A stretch of 64,000 nucleotides of DNA from Mytilus trossulus (GCF_036588685.1 NC_086373.1:73656001-73720000), one strand, 5' to 3'; positions 50,286 to 63,812 are shown, counted from the stretch's first letter. A program made the numbers and translations. Notes: generated by a model from the letters alone, not told the origin.

Positions 50286-53200
50286 TTTAAAAAGTATTTA
50301 TCTGAAGAAAAAAAATTAAAAATTAAGAAATGACTAATAACAAGAAAAATTACAGAAATAGTTCTCTAGAGCTGTGGTTTAACTTCCAATGAAACACCCG
50401 TCCACTATAGGATGTAAGTATCTATATATATCACCGTATTGTGTTCAACAAAAAGCAAAACCCATACCTCAAAGTAAGCTTAAAAAAACCTGGCATAATA
50501 AAAACGAACAATTCAAACGATAAAACCTTTGACATAATAAAGAATAATAATGGAGTACAGGTTCAGGATTGAAATATTGGTGCAACATCTCAACATAAGA
50601 ACAAACTACCAAAATTAGATCGGTAGCGCCACTTTGCATGGTTTGACAATGTTTTCTCTGGGTACCAATCTGCTCTTACACCCTCTCGATCAGCTATGTG
50701 TTATTTAAATATATTTCTAACTGCATATAAGTATGTAAGTATAGGACTGAAAATTATACCATTAATCATAAATTGAACGTCAACCGGCCAGCCACCTGTC
50801 TTTTTAAATAAAAAATAGATTGAATCAAAATAATTATAATATTTCGAAAAAGACTTACCGCTGTATAGCACTTTAAACAGTTTTAACAACTTTCCGTTAT
50901 TTCTATGCTCCAAATTACAATACTTGTCAATGTGTTATCAAGCTGTATTTAAATAGCATATTTGGTTGGAATTCACATTCGTATTTTTAACTTTATTGAC
51001 AAAGTTGGATTTTGAACTGCTATATTTAAACCTTTCGAGTTGCTATATTTAAACTGCTTGTATACCTTATGGAAAAATCGATTTCATTTTTTGCAAAATT
51101 GCAAATTTTTAAAAGAATGATTTTGAAAATTTGAATTATGTTCGATTTTCCATGCTTAATTTGGAAATTAAATTTTCCAGATTATCGATTGACAGAAAAT
51201 TTTCAAATAATAATTTGGAAAATTGAAAATGGCTTAAAATAACATCGACCTCTACATAACCTGTACGATAATATTTTTTTCGCTGCCAACTCGGAATGCA
51301 AATTGTTTTGTTTTTTTTAAATGTTGTACCCGCCAAACTCAATTACGCAAAATTGCTGGAATAAAACTAAGAAATGTATACCCTTAATCAATTGCAAGTC
51401 TGAGAATCGTTGTACTGATTTTGTTATACTTTTGCTTCTGTTTGTTTAAGATTTTTCTAAACTTTTGGTCTCAAGCATCATTCAAAAGACTTTCATTGTC
51501 AAAACGTACACATGGTGCAATAACATGATACCATTTTAAAATTGTTATTGTCAAAAAGTACACATTTGCAATAACATGATACATTTTAATTGTTATTGTT
51601 AAAAAGTACACATTTGTAATAACATGATACAATTTAATTGTTATTGTTAAAAAGTACACATTTGCAAAAACATGATATTATTTAATTGTTTTTATGTTAT
51701 TTCCTACTATTTGGCTCAATCCTATAACATTGAAACTGATACCATATGTTCATAAATGACACATTTGCAATTTGTCAAGTAGAACTCAAACCAACCTCAT
51801 TAACTTGAACCGTAATTTTATTTCTCGGTATTCAACGTACGTTTACAAAGGAACATATATTATATAACCTTATTTATCGGTTAGTTTCGATTCGAAGGAC
51901 TTTATCCAGTTTTGATTTTATTTTATTTAAGTCATTCGAACGCATGAAATTTATGACTTGTTGTATTTTTACACTGGGTTGGTACTTCTGATGGTGGATC
52001 ACAAGTCATTTGGGTGTGTCATCTGATCATTTCTCATTACTTCGGCACGACAATAATTAAAAAAAAAACTTTCTAAAATTGTTAATGAATAAATTTTGAA
52101 TTATCAAGAAATAAGGTTTCAACTCCGTTCGACAAAGTTAACTATAGTTTGATTTTGCTATTTTCAGTCAGTTATAGGCATTTATCCCGTCAAATGTATC
52201 GGTTCTTATATACATCCTTGGCACTCAAATATTCGGCTTTGAGCGTTACGGATAAATAATTCTAATAGAATTCGCATATTAGGGAATACGTTGATATGAA
52301 TGATCGCTGAGAGGACTTCCGGTAGTTGATCTTGACGTTGTTTATTTTTCGATAGACTACGTTGGCCAAACTTTTTTCGTGACCAATGTAAACAAGATAG
52401 CGGCGAAAATAACATTGACGTTAACAAAATCATTTTCACAGCACGATAATGGTTGAATTAAATAGTAAACACAAACACATTTGTTTGAATGATAATAAGA
52501 GATTTTGTAGTTTTTTTTTTTAGGACATTTCATGGAGTTTATATTTTTGCGTTAACCAACAAATATATTCATGCGCCAGTTTTTTTCAATGACACAAATA
52601 CACAATTTATGTGTGATTTAGGTTACCAGTAGGGAAAATATATTCCTTATCTCCCATTTTAAAAAAATACATGGATTAAAAGGCGTTTGAAAGGAACTAA
52701 TTGGTGTATAAACTGGACAAAGTCACTCACAAACATATTATAAACTACTTCGGACTTTTATTTGTTTGTGAGTGACTTGATCGAGTTTTTGCTTAATTAT
52801 TTATGGTACACTGAATGTATATTATTTGGTAGTATTACCGCTAGATATTATAGAACATGCCATTCTTTTGATTTTAGTATCATGTATTTATATTTCCCAG
52901 GCGAAATACTTTTAGTAAATACATATTGGTTAGCTTTCGGTTGTTTTCTACCTTTTGGTCGCATAGTTGTTTCTTTGACACATTCACCATTTCCATTCCC
53001 AATTTTATATTTCATATAAAACGAGTTTCTTGTTATTATAACTTTATTGGAATTATTCAACCAATGCATGCATATCTTAATTAAGTCTTTTATGCATTTA
53101 TTACGCATCTATAACGAATTATCGACAAATGATTTTAAAATTCTGTGATTGTAGATCGCAAGCTTATTAAGTAACCTTAGAGTGTGTTACCGAAGTGACA

Positions 53201-55350
53201 CTGATAACCAAGAGCACGTAAAAATCAAGTGAATTAATAGAGCCATGATAGTCTTTCACCTTTTCTATACATTCTTTCTTGTCACTTTGACTATTGCATT
53301 AACAGTTGTTAAAAGGTTCGGTTCCTTTAAATATAAAAAAGATGTGGCATGATTGACAATAAGACAACTCTCCACAATAGACCAAATAGCCTGGTTCTTG
53401 GCTAATCTTGTCAGTATACGACGCGCAGCTAGATATCGGACCGGGATCCCAGGCTATAGACCAAATGCCACAGAAATTAACAACTATAGACATGTTTGTT
53501 TTTAGAATCAGTTTTACCTTCCAGAGCACATTCTTCATCACGATTACGATCGATAATATAAAAGATTTTCGGTACAATTGTTTTACAGTAAAACTTAGCC
53601 ATTCAAGTATATAAAATATGTTAATTTTTTGTTTGAATTATGACTCTATAGAAATAATCTATTAAAATCTACTCAAGATCAACTGGCACCATGATGTTGA
53701 TATCTATATAAAATATATAATATATTGAAAACAACACGTTAAATTATATCGTACCAATATTATATGTACAGGGAAAACGGTACTATTTGTTCTGTCATTG
53801 GCGTCAATACAAACACTTTCGAAATCAGATACGTCTTTCTATTATTAAAACCTGGAAAAAAACATGTTTGGTGTAAGGTAGCATTCCACAGTAAGGTGTG
53901 TAGTTTCGTGGATTTTTTAAAAGATGAGAGCTAGTGTGGAATAAAATTCATTTTTGGAACCTGAGGATTAAAAAGCCTTCTTATTAGGTTTATATGACCA
54001 TTTAGATTATTTTATGTATGTAATATAGGGTGTTTTCTGTTAAAAAAAAAGTCTGTATTTGCATATCCATACCATGTTCATGACGTTAAAAAACTAAATC
54101 CCTGGGATGTGTTTTAGTTGATTTTAGTCTCTGATGCATGATTTTATTATTAATTGTTTTTGGCTTTAACTAGCTATCAGTAACTGCAAGTACTCTCAAA
54201 TCGTAATTTCTTGTTAATTCGACCTGTTGATACTGTTTATAATGCTTTTTTGTTATTTTATATTAATATGTATCTTGTCTATATAGCAGCTTTGATTATT
54301 TTGAATATCTTCTTATTTTCACTTCGTCTTACTTCATTTGTATAAACTTAAAGATTTACCTGTATTATAAAAAACGTTATTTTTGGTCAAAAGTGATTAT
54401 TTTTGAAGGGTTAAATATTTCGCAGTGGTGTCTTGCCATGGCTTTGTTTGGACATGTGTGTTTGCTTTTTGGATTGAATGTTTGTCCCTAATAATTAATT
54501 AACTGTGCATTTGTATTCAGATATCGCAGATCAAATTTATTCGTTCATAGTGTATTAATTTACGTTTTTTGATTGAGTTATGCCTGCCAATTGATATTTA
54601 AGCGTGTGTTTTTCTACATTTCTACGTTGCGATGCTTTATGCTATTGTTTCAGAAAAAGGGAGAAGGTTTTGTACCATTTAAACGTTTAATCCCGTTGCA
54701 AATGTTTGCACCTGTCCTTAGTCAGGAATCTGATGTACAGTAGTTGTCGTTTGTTTATGTAATTTATACAAGTTTCTCGTTTTTCTTTTTTTTTATATAG
54801 ATTAGACCGTTGGTTTTTCCCGTTTAAAAAGTAAAATCACAAAAATAGTGAACTCAGAGGAAAATCAATTTGGAAAGTCCATAATCACATGGCAAAATCA
54901 AAAAACAAAACGCATCAAAAACGAATGGACAAGAACTGTCATATTCCTGACTTGGTACAGGCATTTTCAAATGTAGAAAATGGTGGATTAAACCTGGTTC
55001 TATAGCGCTAACCCTCTCACTTTAATAACAGTCTCATCAAATTCCGCTACATTTACATGATGCATTAAATAAACAGTCACAAATAATAAAATAGTCAAAA
55101 TATGGGTACATCAGTCATCATCGTATAACAATTTTTAAAGGAACAATTTAACAGGACACAAAAACATCTACTATCTACGAACACATGAATTGATTTATTG
55201 ATGAAATATTACTAGATCCTCCTAAAGACAAACAACAATATGTCTGGTCGTGCTTGGTACAATATTTAACAGAAATTGATTATCATAAATTTATATAAGA
55301 ATATATATAAAAAAAAAAAAACAGTCATAGAAATAAAATAATTAAAATAC

Positions 55351-55881
55351 ACTGCAAGAGTTATCCGGGTCAGTGACTCAGAAATGGAGTCAGGCCGTAA
55401 CCGGCAGTCAAAAACTAAATCTTCACTTCAAATACAGTACGTACTAAAGAAAAGACCGTTAAGAAGACCAGCTACGCTGCAAGAGTTATCCGGGGTCAGT
55501 GACTCAGAAATGGAGTCAGGCCATAACCGGCAGTACAGAAGGCTCTTCAAGACGACTTACCACAACATCATTAAATAGGCAAACAAACTGCAAGAGTTAT
55601 CCAGGTCAGTGACTCAGAAATGGAGTCAGGCCGTAACCGGCAGTAAAAATCAAATCTTCAATACAAATACAGTACGTACTTACTAGAAAAGATCGTTAAG
55701 AAGACCAACTACTCTGCAAGAGTTATCCGGGGTCAGTGACTCAGAAATGGAGTCAGGCCATAACCGGCAGTACAGATGGATCTTCAAGACGACTTACCAC
55801 AGCATCATTAAAGGGGCAAAACATACTGCAAGAGTTATCCGGTCAGTGACTCAGAAATGGAGTCAGGCCATAACCGGCAGT
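55351..55881. repeat. Five about 58-bp hairpin repeats with alternating about 67/52-bp spacers
   Basis: CTGCAAGAGTTATCC(G)GGTCAGTGACTCAGAAATGGAGTCAGGCCRTAACCGGCAGT at 55351, 55476, 55587, 55713 and 55825. Confidence 0.9.
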
Positions 55882-55922
55882 AAAAACTAAATCTTTAAGA
55901 CAAATAAAATCCAAATTAAATA

Positions 55923-55956
<34 letters not shown>

Positions 55957-56959
55957 TAATAAAAATTAATCATTTAAAATAACTTAACATATTTAAAATT
56001 AAATAAAAAGAATGTAGGGATAAGTTAATTAAACTATTAGAATTATGCTAACTAAACAAGAACGCACGATAACCTTTGGTTTTTTTTTCCAAATTCGCGG
56101 CACCCTAAATTATTTTTGTTTCTACTTTTGGTCATTATATAATTTTTTCCTGTCATTAAGCCGCAAGTCAAATCTAAGACTTAAAAAATGGTACTTCGCA
56201 AGATCTGGTTTGCACTAATCCAGTTTTAATTAGCGTGGGGCACTGTCTTCCTGCGGATAAGTGTTCCAGTGTACTAGCACTCTAAAGTCCTGCAACTACG
56301 ATAGGCTAGCACAAAGCAGTCAAAATTTACATACACCCTTTGGTTTTTTATTTATTTTATTTTATTTTATTTCACTTTTCTTTTTTCTAGTACATATAAA
56401 ACATCCCACTAAATATTTTTGCAAAACTCACATTCACAAATTTAGGCTTATTGTGGTTTATACATAATATTTGGCATAAAAATTCACATACACAATTTGG
56501 CACATCAAAATTATCCGCTCTTTACTTGGCTGCTGGTGTACCAGGACAACGTTGCTGCCGTTCACTGCTGTTTGCTTGGCCAAGCTTTCCTCCTGTTCCT
56601 ACTTCCGGTGGCTCCGTGTTTAATAATAATTTATTTATTTTGTTTTATTTTATTTTTATTTTTATACAAAATTATTGCTATATTATCTTATTATATTTAT
56701 TTTTATATTCTTTTATTACTTTTTATTATTTTATTTTTTACTTAATCTTAAAACTTTTACTTTTTTTATTCATTTATTTATCCAAATTTTTGCTTTTCAA
56801 ATTTTTTGTTTTTATTAAACTTTCTTATTATTCTAAATTATTTAAATTACCACATGGTAAAAATATAAATTATTTAATGCCCAAAAAGGCGCAAGCCAGG
56901 GCCGACCGTGCAAGGGCTGTTTAGCCAGTCAAGGTCGTTAAAAACTTCCATTTGTTGTT

Positions 56960-57692
56960 GAATTGATTTGAGTGTCTGACGTCAGAAAAATTATATACGT
57001 CACATAAATTTGTCGTTCAATGTGCATACAAACAATTTTAAAATTTACATAGGCAATGTACGCATACAGGGTTATAAAATCAAAAGTATGTAAGAATAAA
57101 TTACAGAAATAGACCGAGATTCAAACTAGTCCAAAAGTTATACATAGAATTTATGAGAATCCAAAACTTTTAAAAGGAACAATTTAACAGGACACAAAAA
57201 CATCTACTATCTACGAACACATGGATTGATTTGAGTGTCTGACGTCAAAAAAATTATATACGTCACATAAATTTGTCGTTCAATGTGCATACAAACAATT
57301 TTAAAATTTACATAGGCAATGTACGCATACAGGGTTAAAAAATCCAAAGTATGTAAGAAAAAATTTCAGAAATAGACCGAGATTCAAACTAGTCCAAAAG
57401 TTATACATAGAATTTATGAGAATCCAAAACTTTTAAAAGGAACAATTTAACAGGACACAAAAACATCTAGTATCTACGAACACATGGATTGATTTGAGTG
57501 TCTGACGTCAGAAAAATTATATACGTCACATTAATTTGTCGTTCAATGTGCATACACACAATTTTAAAATTTACATAGGCAATGTACGCATACAGGGTTA
57601 AAAAATCCAAAGTATGTAAGAATAAATTACAGAAATAGACCGATATTCAAACTAGTTCTCAAAAGTTATACATAGAATTTATGAGAATCCAA
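56960..57692. repeat. 263-bp tandem repeat, about 3 copies
   Basis: GAGTGTCTGACGTCA at 56970, 57233 and 57496. Confidence 0.9.
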
Positions 57693-58971
57693 CAATTGTT
57701 AATTCCACTACGCCATTGAATGATTTGGACGTTTGTGGTTCAACGTATATAGTAATTCATAATAGAAATATATCATAATGACATATAATAGACAAATATC
57801 ATACTGACGGGATCTACATAAATGGTTTTACACTAGTAATTGTGGGCCTTTTTATAGCTTGTTGTTCGGTGTGAGCCAAGGCTCCGTGTTGAAGGCCGTA
57901 CATTGACCTATAATGGTTTACTTTTTAAAATTATTATTAGAATGGAGAGTTGTCTCATTGGCACTCACACCACATTTTCCTTTATCTACATACCATGCCA
58001 TACATTGGTTCGTCAATTATTATTATGTTTTTTTCCACTTTTGTGATTAAATTTTACGGAAAAATGAGGCGAAAGACACCAATTTTTTACTTGATCATTA
58101 GGAATATCAACAGTTTCTAAAAAGGTATCACTCATAGGCATTGAAATTCTAGTTTGATCCAAATTTTGGGGGGATAAGTGACAGTTTCACCCCTCTTTTT
58201 GCAATATTTTATGGTAAATAAATGCAGATTGTTTCAATAGATATACATTAAAGGAATTATTTTTAACTTTTTTTACTGTTGATAATCAAATCTATGGAAG
58301 ACATAACTGTATACAGAATTGATATAGTCAAAAAGTGATAACAAAGCGACTTAGTTTTAAAACATACAATATTGGAAAGCATTAAATGTTATTATATGAT
58401 TTCACCTCATATAGAAACGATTAGCTAGTTCTGATCTTGGTAATATTTTGTTGCTATCCTGAGTTTTTTATTTGAAATCGTCATTATGGAGCAATTACTG
58501 TTTCAGTTTAAGAGGCAACATTGAAAATATTTGAATTCGTCTTTAAGGGACAATTACTGCTATAAGAACGGTTGTCTGACAGATTTGATGCATACAGTTT
58601 GATCATTCAATTTTTCCCTATATCTATATTGGATTCCAGATAATAAAAAAGAATACATTTTACACCGACAATCTTCAATGTCAGCTGGCAGGTGGGATCA
58701 TCGTTCACAACTGGATACCCCGACGATGAGTTGTGGCCAGGGTTGGTTCCGGTTGTATAAAATAAAAAGGAATGAAAATACACCAAAGGCAGTTTCCTAT
58801 TTTATTTTTGACATTCACATATTTTATTCATTTTTATATCTTAACATCAATACTCCTTTGTTACAATATGTGAAAATTTTAAAGAAAAATGCAACACTTC
58901 ATGTATAAACTATAGTCCACGTTTCAATGTATAAAGTCTGATTTTTAAGCTTGTTAGTTACTAATCGTTTA

Positions 58972-59862
58972 TTATAGGATAGTACAATCTTTTTTTGATC
59001 GTGCGCGCCTAATTTCATTGCGAATGTTATTAATTTCATCTATAATTTTGTTCTCTCTTTGTTGGTATTCCTTCCGCAACTCTGCGTCTGTTTCGTTTCG
59101 TATTCTTTGCTGCAATGCAAGCCTTTCTCGCTCTTTTTGTGCCTTCTCTTCTGCAATTTTATCCTGGAGAATTTTCTCGGCCTTCCTGTAATCATCATTT
59201 GTATAATGGGATCCTCCATTATCCTTATCCATTTTCTCAATAAGATTTATTAATCTTCTGACTTGCTCATCTGATTCATTACCTTTTAAAGTATTATCGA
59301 ATGCAATGTGCCGATTGTTGCATTTTTGAAGAAAATTTCTGGGAACATCTGTCAGTGTTTTTATAAAGTTGTCAATAATTTCGCCATCATGACCTATTTC
59401 TATACCTTGATCTTCCATAACACGTTTATAGTCATCAAATCTGGTAAACAAGACTATAACATACCGCATCAATGGTTCACCGAAATGGCTTACAAAATGA
59501 TCGACAGTAGCTACGTCTTCTCCAGTAAAACGCCACATTTGCACACATATGATGAAAGCATGTGGGCCTGGCGTTGTTAGATGAATGAAACCTTCTATTG
59601 CCTTTTGAGTGTTATCATTATCTTTCCTTGTATCAAACACTCCTGGCGTATCTACAACGTTCAAAGTCCTTCCGAATCTCTTTACCACCCCTAAATCGCA
59701 TATTGCTGTCATTGACTGACCACTGCATGCAGATTTGAATTCTTTCTTTCCTAAAATTGTGTTTCCTGTTTTGCTTTTTCCATTACCTGTTTTTCCAAGT
59801 AACACTATACGCATTTCATCTTTTGGTGCTAAGTGCACGTTTTCAAAAGGTAGTTGTGCCAT
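58972..59862 (-). CDS. GIMAP/IAN GTPase, copy 3, 296 aa
   Basis: Same motifs; start placed at MAQLPF (59862) by homology with copies 1-2; acceptor tttcag at 59880. Confidence 0.93.
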   Translation of the reverse strand: MAQLPFENVHLAPKDEMRIVLLGKTGNGKSKTGNTILGKKEFKSACSGQSMTAICDLGVVKRFGRTLNVVDTPGVFDTRKDNDNTQKAIEGFIHLTTPGPHAFIICVQMWRFTGEDVATVDHFVSHFGEPLMRYVIVLFTRFDDYKRVMEDQGIEIGHDGEIIDNFIKTLTDVPRNFLQKCNNRHIAFDNTLKGNESDEQVRRLINLIEKMDKDNGGSHYTNDDYRKAEKILQDKIAEEKAQKERERLALQQRIRNETDAELRKEYQQRENKIIDEINNIRNEIRRARSKKDCTIL

Positions 59863-62800
59863 TTTCAATATCTCTATATCTGAAATGGAATATAAAGAAA
59901 TAAGAAATAATGTAATAACTAGATGATTTGCAGAAATGATACCATAGTAATAAACATAAGGAGCTGTGTTATGACTTCCAATTAAAAAACTGTCCACAAT
60001 AGGATGTAGACAACTATATATCACCATAGGGTCAGTCTTCAACAATAAGTAAAATCTATACCTCATAGTTACCTTAAAAGAACCCGTTGTGATAAATTTG
60101 AATATCCCAAACGAGAAATCTTATTGTATAATAAGAATTTATGTTGAAACGACAACCACTGGAGTACAGCTTCAGGATTGGGTCAGAAAATAAGATCAAA
60201 CTACCAAAATTAAATGGGAAATACACGAATTATCAAATGAGAACAAAGTACACACAAAAAACTCAAAATATATAAAAATCTCATGATACAGATCTGAATC
60301 TACTCGCATCTACGGGAAAAGACGGAAGGAAGAGACCAGATGGTAATTCAAACTAATACATCGAAAATAAACTGACAACACCACGGCTAAAACACAAACA
60401 ATCAGTTATCAAAACACAACGAAGAACACTAAAGACTTAGCAACATGAACCCCACCAAAACTGTGAGTGATCTTAGGTGCTCCGTATGGGTAAGCAGATT
60501 ATGCTCCACATATGGCAGTCGTCATGTTTCTCATGCAAGTATACAAACTTGGAAGTAAGTTCAAGTAAATAATTTCAACTCATAGATAAATCATGTTTCA
60601 AAGATAAAATTTTTAATGAGTCAAAATCAGAATTGTATGCTTAATTCATTCACAGCCTTTATAAATAGACTCAGTGCGATATAGATCTGGGCATACCGTT
60701 ATGGATGTTATACAGTCAGATTTAAACATTCGTAATAAATATTATTAGTAACCTTACATATATATAATGATGGAGCTAAAAATGATACCATAATTCATTA
60801 ATTCAACGTAAAATCAACTGTTTTCAATAAAAAGTATTTTGCATTAAAACCAAAATATATATTTTCGTTAAGAAAAAGACTTACCTCTGTATAATACGTA
60901 TTTTTAACTATTATTCAGGACTTTTTATACTCTCAGCCTAACTTTATGCTTCTATAGACCTGGAATAAAGTATAAACAAACTGCATTTAAATACCAAATG
61001 TGGGTGGAATTTGCATTCGTATTTTTAACCAGTAATTTAAAATTCTATATTTAAACTTCTTATTTTTAGCCAAATTGGTGAGAAAGAAAATGCTAAAAAT
61101 AACATATTGATTTTTCCATGTCTGATTTTAGGCAATACATTTTCCAAAAGTCTCCGCGTTATAGCTCTTTAACACTTTCTGTCTTTCAAAGTTTGTACAT
61201 CCGTGGCTTTCAAATATTCGTCTTTGAGCCGTGCCCGATGAAAATAAATCCAGAAAAGCGTGTCGGACGCATGACATAAATAAAAACCAAAAACAATTGT
61301 TTAATTTATCTTTTCGCGAAAACCATTTTATAAATTACAATGTAGTTTTACAAGCAGATCTTTAAAAAACGAATATGCTTTATAGCAAAAAGTAAATTAA
61401 CAAACATACCGATTTCAAAAGAAAATTCAAAACGAAAAGTTCTTAGGCAAATGGCAAAATCAAAACCTCAAACTCATCAAGCGAATTGAAAACAACACTA
61501 TGTGCAAGCACTTAATTCCTTGTGTAGAAATTTAGTTTTTTTTATCAGATCTTCGAGAAGGAAGTTAAAATCTTTGAAAGTTTCGGATGCATGAAATTTA
61601 TAACGTGTAGTTTGTTTGGTTTTTTCCCAGCTGTGAGACGATAACCTGCCTGTGTTAATTAATTTTGAAATTATAAAGAAAAAATAAAATCAACTCCATA
61701 GGCTAAATTAATCTTAGACTATTTTCGGTATTTTTTTATGTCCTTTTTAGTCACATAGTTCTTCAACTGTTTCAGTTATTAAACAAATATTATTGACTTT
61801 CAAATGTTTGGTTTAAAACTTACCAGATGAAAGTAAATACAGAAATTAAGCGTTTCGAACACAAGATTTATACCGTGTTCTTTTTATCATTTGCTGATTA
61901 TGTATGTTCGGTAACGTTGTAGGAAAAAAATATTATATGTATTGCGTGCATATTTATTTCCATTTAATTCAAAAATTTGCATGATTTCTTTTACCAACGA
62001 AAACCAGACACTGTCCTTTTGCATATACAGACACCCGAGTTGAGTGTGTTTTGATCTTGAGATGCTGTATGTTGTATCAAACACAGGTTATATGCTACAG
62101 TGTCCCTATTCTATACATATTGTTTTCTCTCAATTGTGATCTGTTTATATTGAAATGTCGGCTTGTCAATATTTAATATCAGAGTGTCTGAACATAAGAA
62201 ATAGTGAACTTATATGATACATCAGATACATATATATGTAACTTTTCATTATAGCATGGTTTGTTATCATGGAACCTTTCATTAGATACCATGTCATTTA
62301 TTATAGTTATATGTAATACCATAGGTCTTAACCATTTATTGTTTAATGAGTTTGTGCCAATAAAATTATTTGTATATGAATTGTATTTCATGCAAAATAT
62401 AGTGGTTTTTTTTAATACATGCTTAAAATATAATAATGAATGTATATTTTTTTGTAGTATTACCACTTGATATAAAAAAAAACCCAGGCCATTCTGACTT
62501 TTGATTTTAATATCTTGTTTTTATATTTGTCATACGAAATACTTAAATATGTATTGGTTGTCTTTCGGTTGTTTTCTGTCCTTTGATCAAATTGTTGTCT
62601 CTTTGACACATTCCCTATTTCCATTCTCAATTTTGTATGAAAATTTGTTCATATATTGTTATTATTTTTTTATTGGGATCATTGAACCAATGCCTGCTGA
62701 TAGACTTACAAAGTGAAATAGCAAAAAATACCAAACTCCGAGTATTCAAAACGAAAAGTTTGTTGTCATGCGGCAAAAAAAAAAACCAAACACGTCTTGT

Positions 62801-63688
62801 GTGTACGTATTTTTAACCATTTAATACGAATCTATACCAGTGACTTATTATCGACAAATATATGAGCTTATTTTAAAACTTTAGAGTTTGCTGCCGAAAT
62901 TAAATGAATCGTGACATTGATAATCAACAAAGAGCACGTAAAAGTACACGTTTTCCATATATTCCCATTTGTTAATTTAAACAGTTCATTAACAGTTGTT
63001 AAATGGTTTGGTATCTTTTAATGTTTGTTTTTTGTAACAATCAGTTATTACTATTTACCTTTCAATGTACATTCTTACCATGATCACGATTTTGAAAATA
63101 TTAGCTTAAAGGATTTTTTTTAACAAGAAAGTACGCGTACACTTGTGATATAGTAAAACTTAGTCAAACATACTGACTATAGAAATAATCTCTAAAAAAT
63201 CAACTTGTACTATGATTTGATATCTATATAAGTTATATCGTACAATTATTTAATGTACTAACTTGATGTTTGATAAGGAAAAGGATGAAACGACGCCACG
63301 GTAGAAATTGCCTTTTTTTTTTACCTTTCGTCAAATGAAAATATTGAAATATGATGAAGAAAAGTCATAAATTTTATCTCGTTTGATACAGACCTAAATC
63401 TGTTACGAATCGCTAGCATTTCATAATAATACCATTTTCTTAATAATATTACAGAATCATACAATGTAATTTTCCATATTCTATAAATAGACAATTTGCA
63501 TTACATTTAAAATAGATATTATTGGAAAGGAAAATTCCACAGAGCGTCATAAAAGTATTATATATCCAGACCTTAAAACAAACTTGGATATTCAAACACG
63601 TTGACTTCACGGTAGTGTTAAACTATATTTGAGGTATGTTTTTATATGTTAGATAATTATATAAATATATTATATAAATAATAATATC

Positions 63689-63812
63689 AAAATAACATAA
63701 AAAAATGTGGTGCACACTGTTAAATAACCCGCTACGCGCGTTATTCAGTGTGCACCATATTTTTTTATGTTATTTCTTCATAGACAGAAAAAATATTACA
63801 GTCATTCCTTAA
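63689..63812. repeat. Palindromic MITE remnant
   Basis: AAATAACATAAAAAAATGTGGTGCACACTG ... CAGTGTGCACCATATTTTTTTATGTTATTT. Confidence 0.75.

Larger units (their letters stand above)
54827..57820. mobile_element. About 3-kb composite insertion specific to unit 2
   Basis: Splits CCCGTTTAAA|TGGTTTTACAC, which is contiguous in unit 1 at about 48209-48229. Confidence 0.85.
41271..63260. repeat. Tandem segmental triplication: units about 41271-48532, 48533-58119 and 58120-63260
   Basis: Each unit begins AAAGGTAYCACTCATA..TTGAAATTCTA. Units 1 and 2 are near-identical apart from indels. Unit 3 is near-identical up to the ATG, then only loosely similar. Confidence 0.92.

Noticed and set aside
42181-53614. 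Many short ORFs repeated in each GIMAP unit
   Set aside because: Antisense or alternative-frame shadows and repeat-derived frames, conserved only because the duplication is recent
55351-55408. Hammerhead or twister ribozyme in the hairpin repeat
   Set aside because: No CUGANGA/GAAA core, and no twister UAA..CAAGC..GAG arrangement on either strand by eye
55351-55881. CRISPR array
   Set aside because: Eukaryotic context, no cas genes, and the spacers recur alternately rather than being unique
56451-56924. 157-aa hydrophobic ORF
   Set aside because: Product of T-rich low-complexity sequence, with a non-ATG start and no recognisable domain
59863-60066. 68-aa hydrophobic N-terminal extension of GIMAP copy 3 (364-aa ORF)
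   Set aside because: It reads through an intron: the acceptor at 59880 is homologous to those of copies 1-2, which have no such frame
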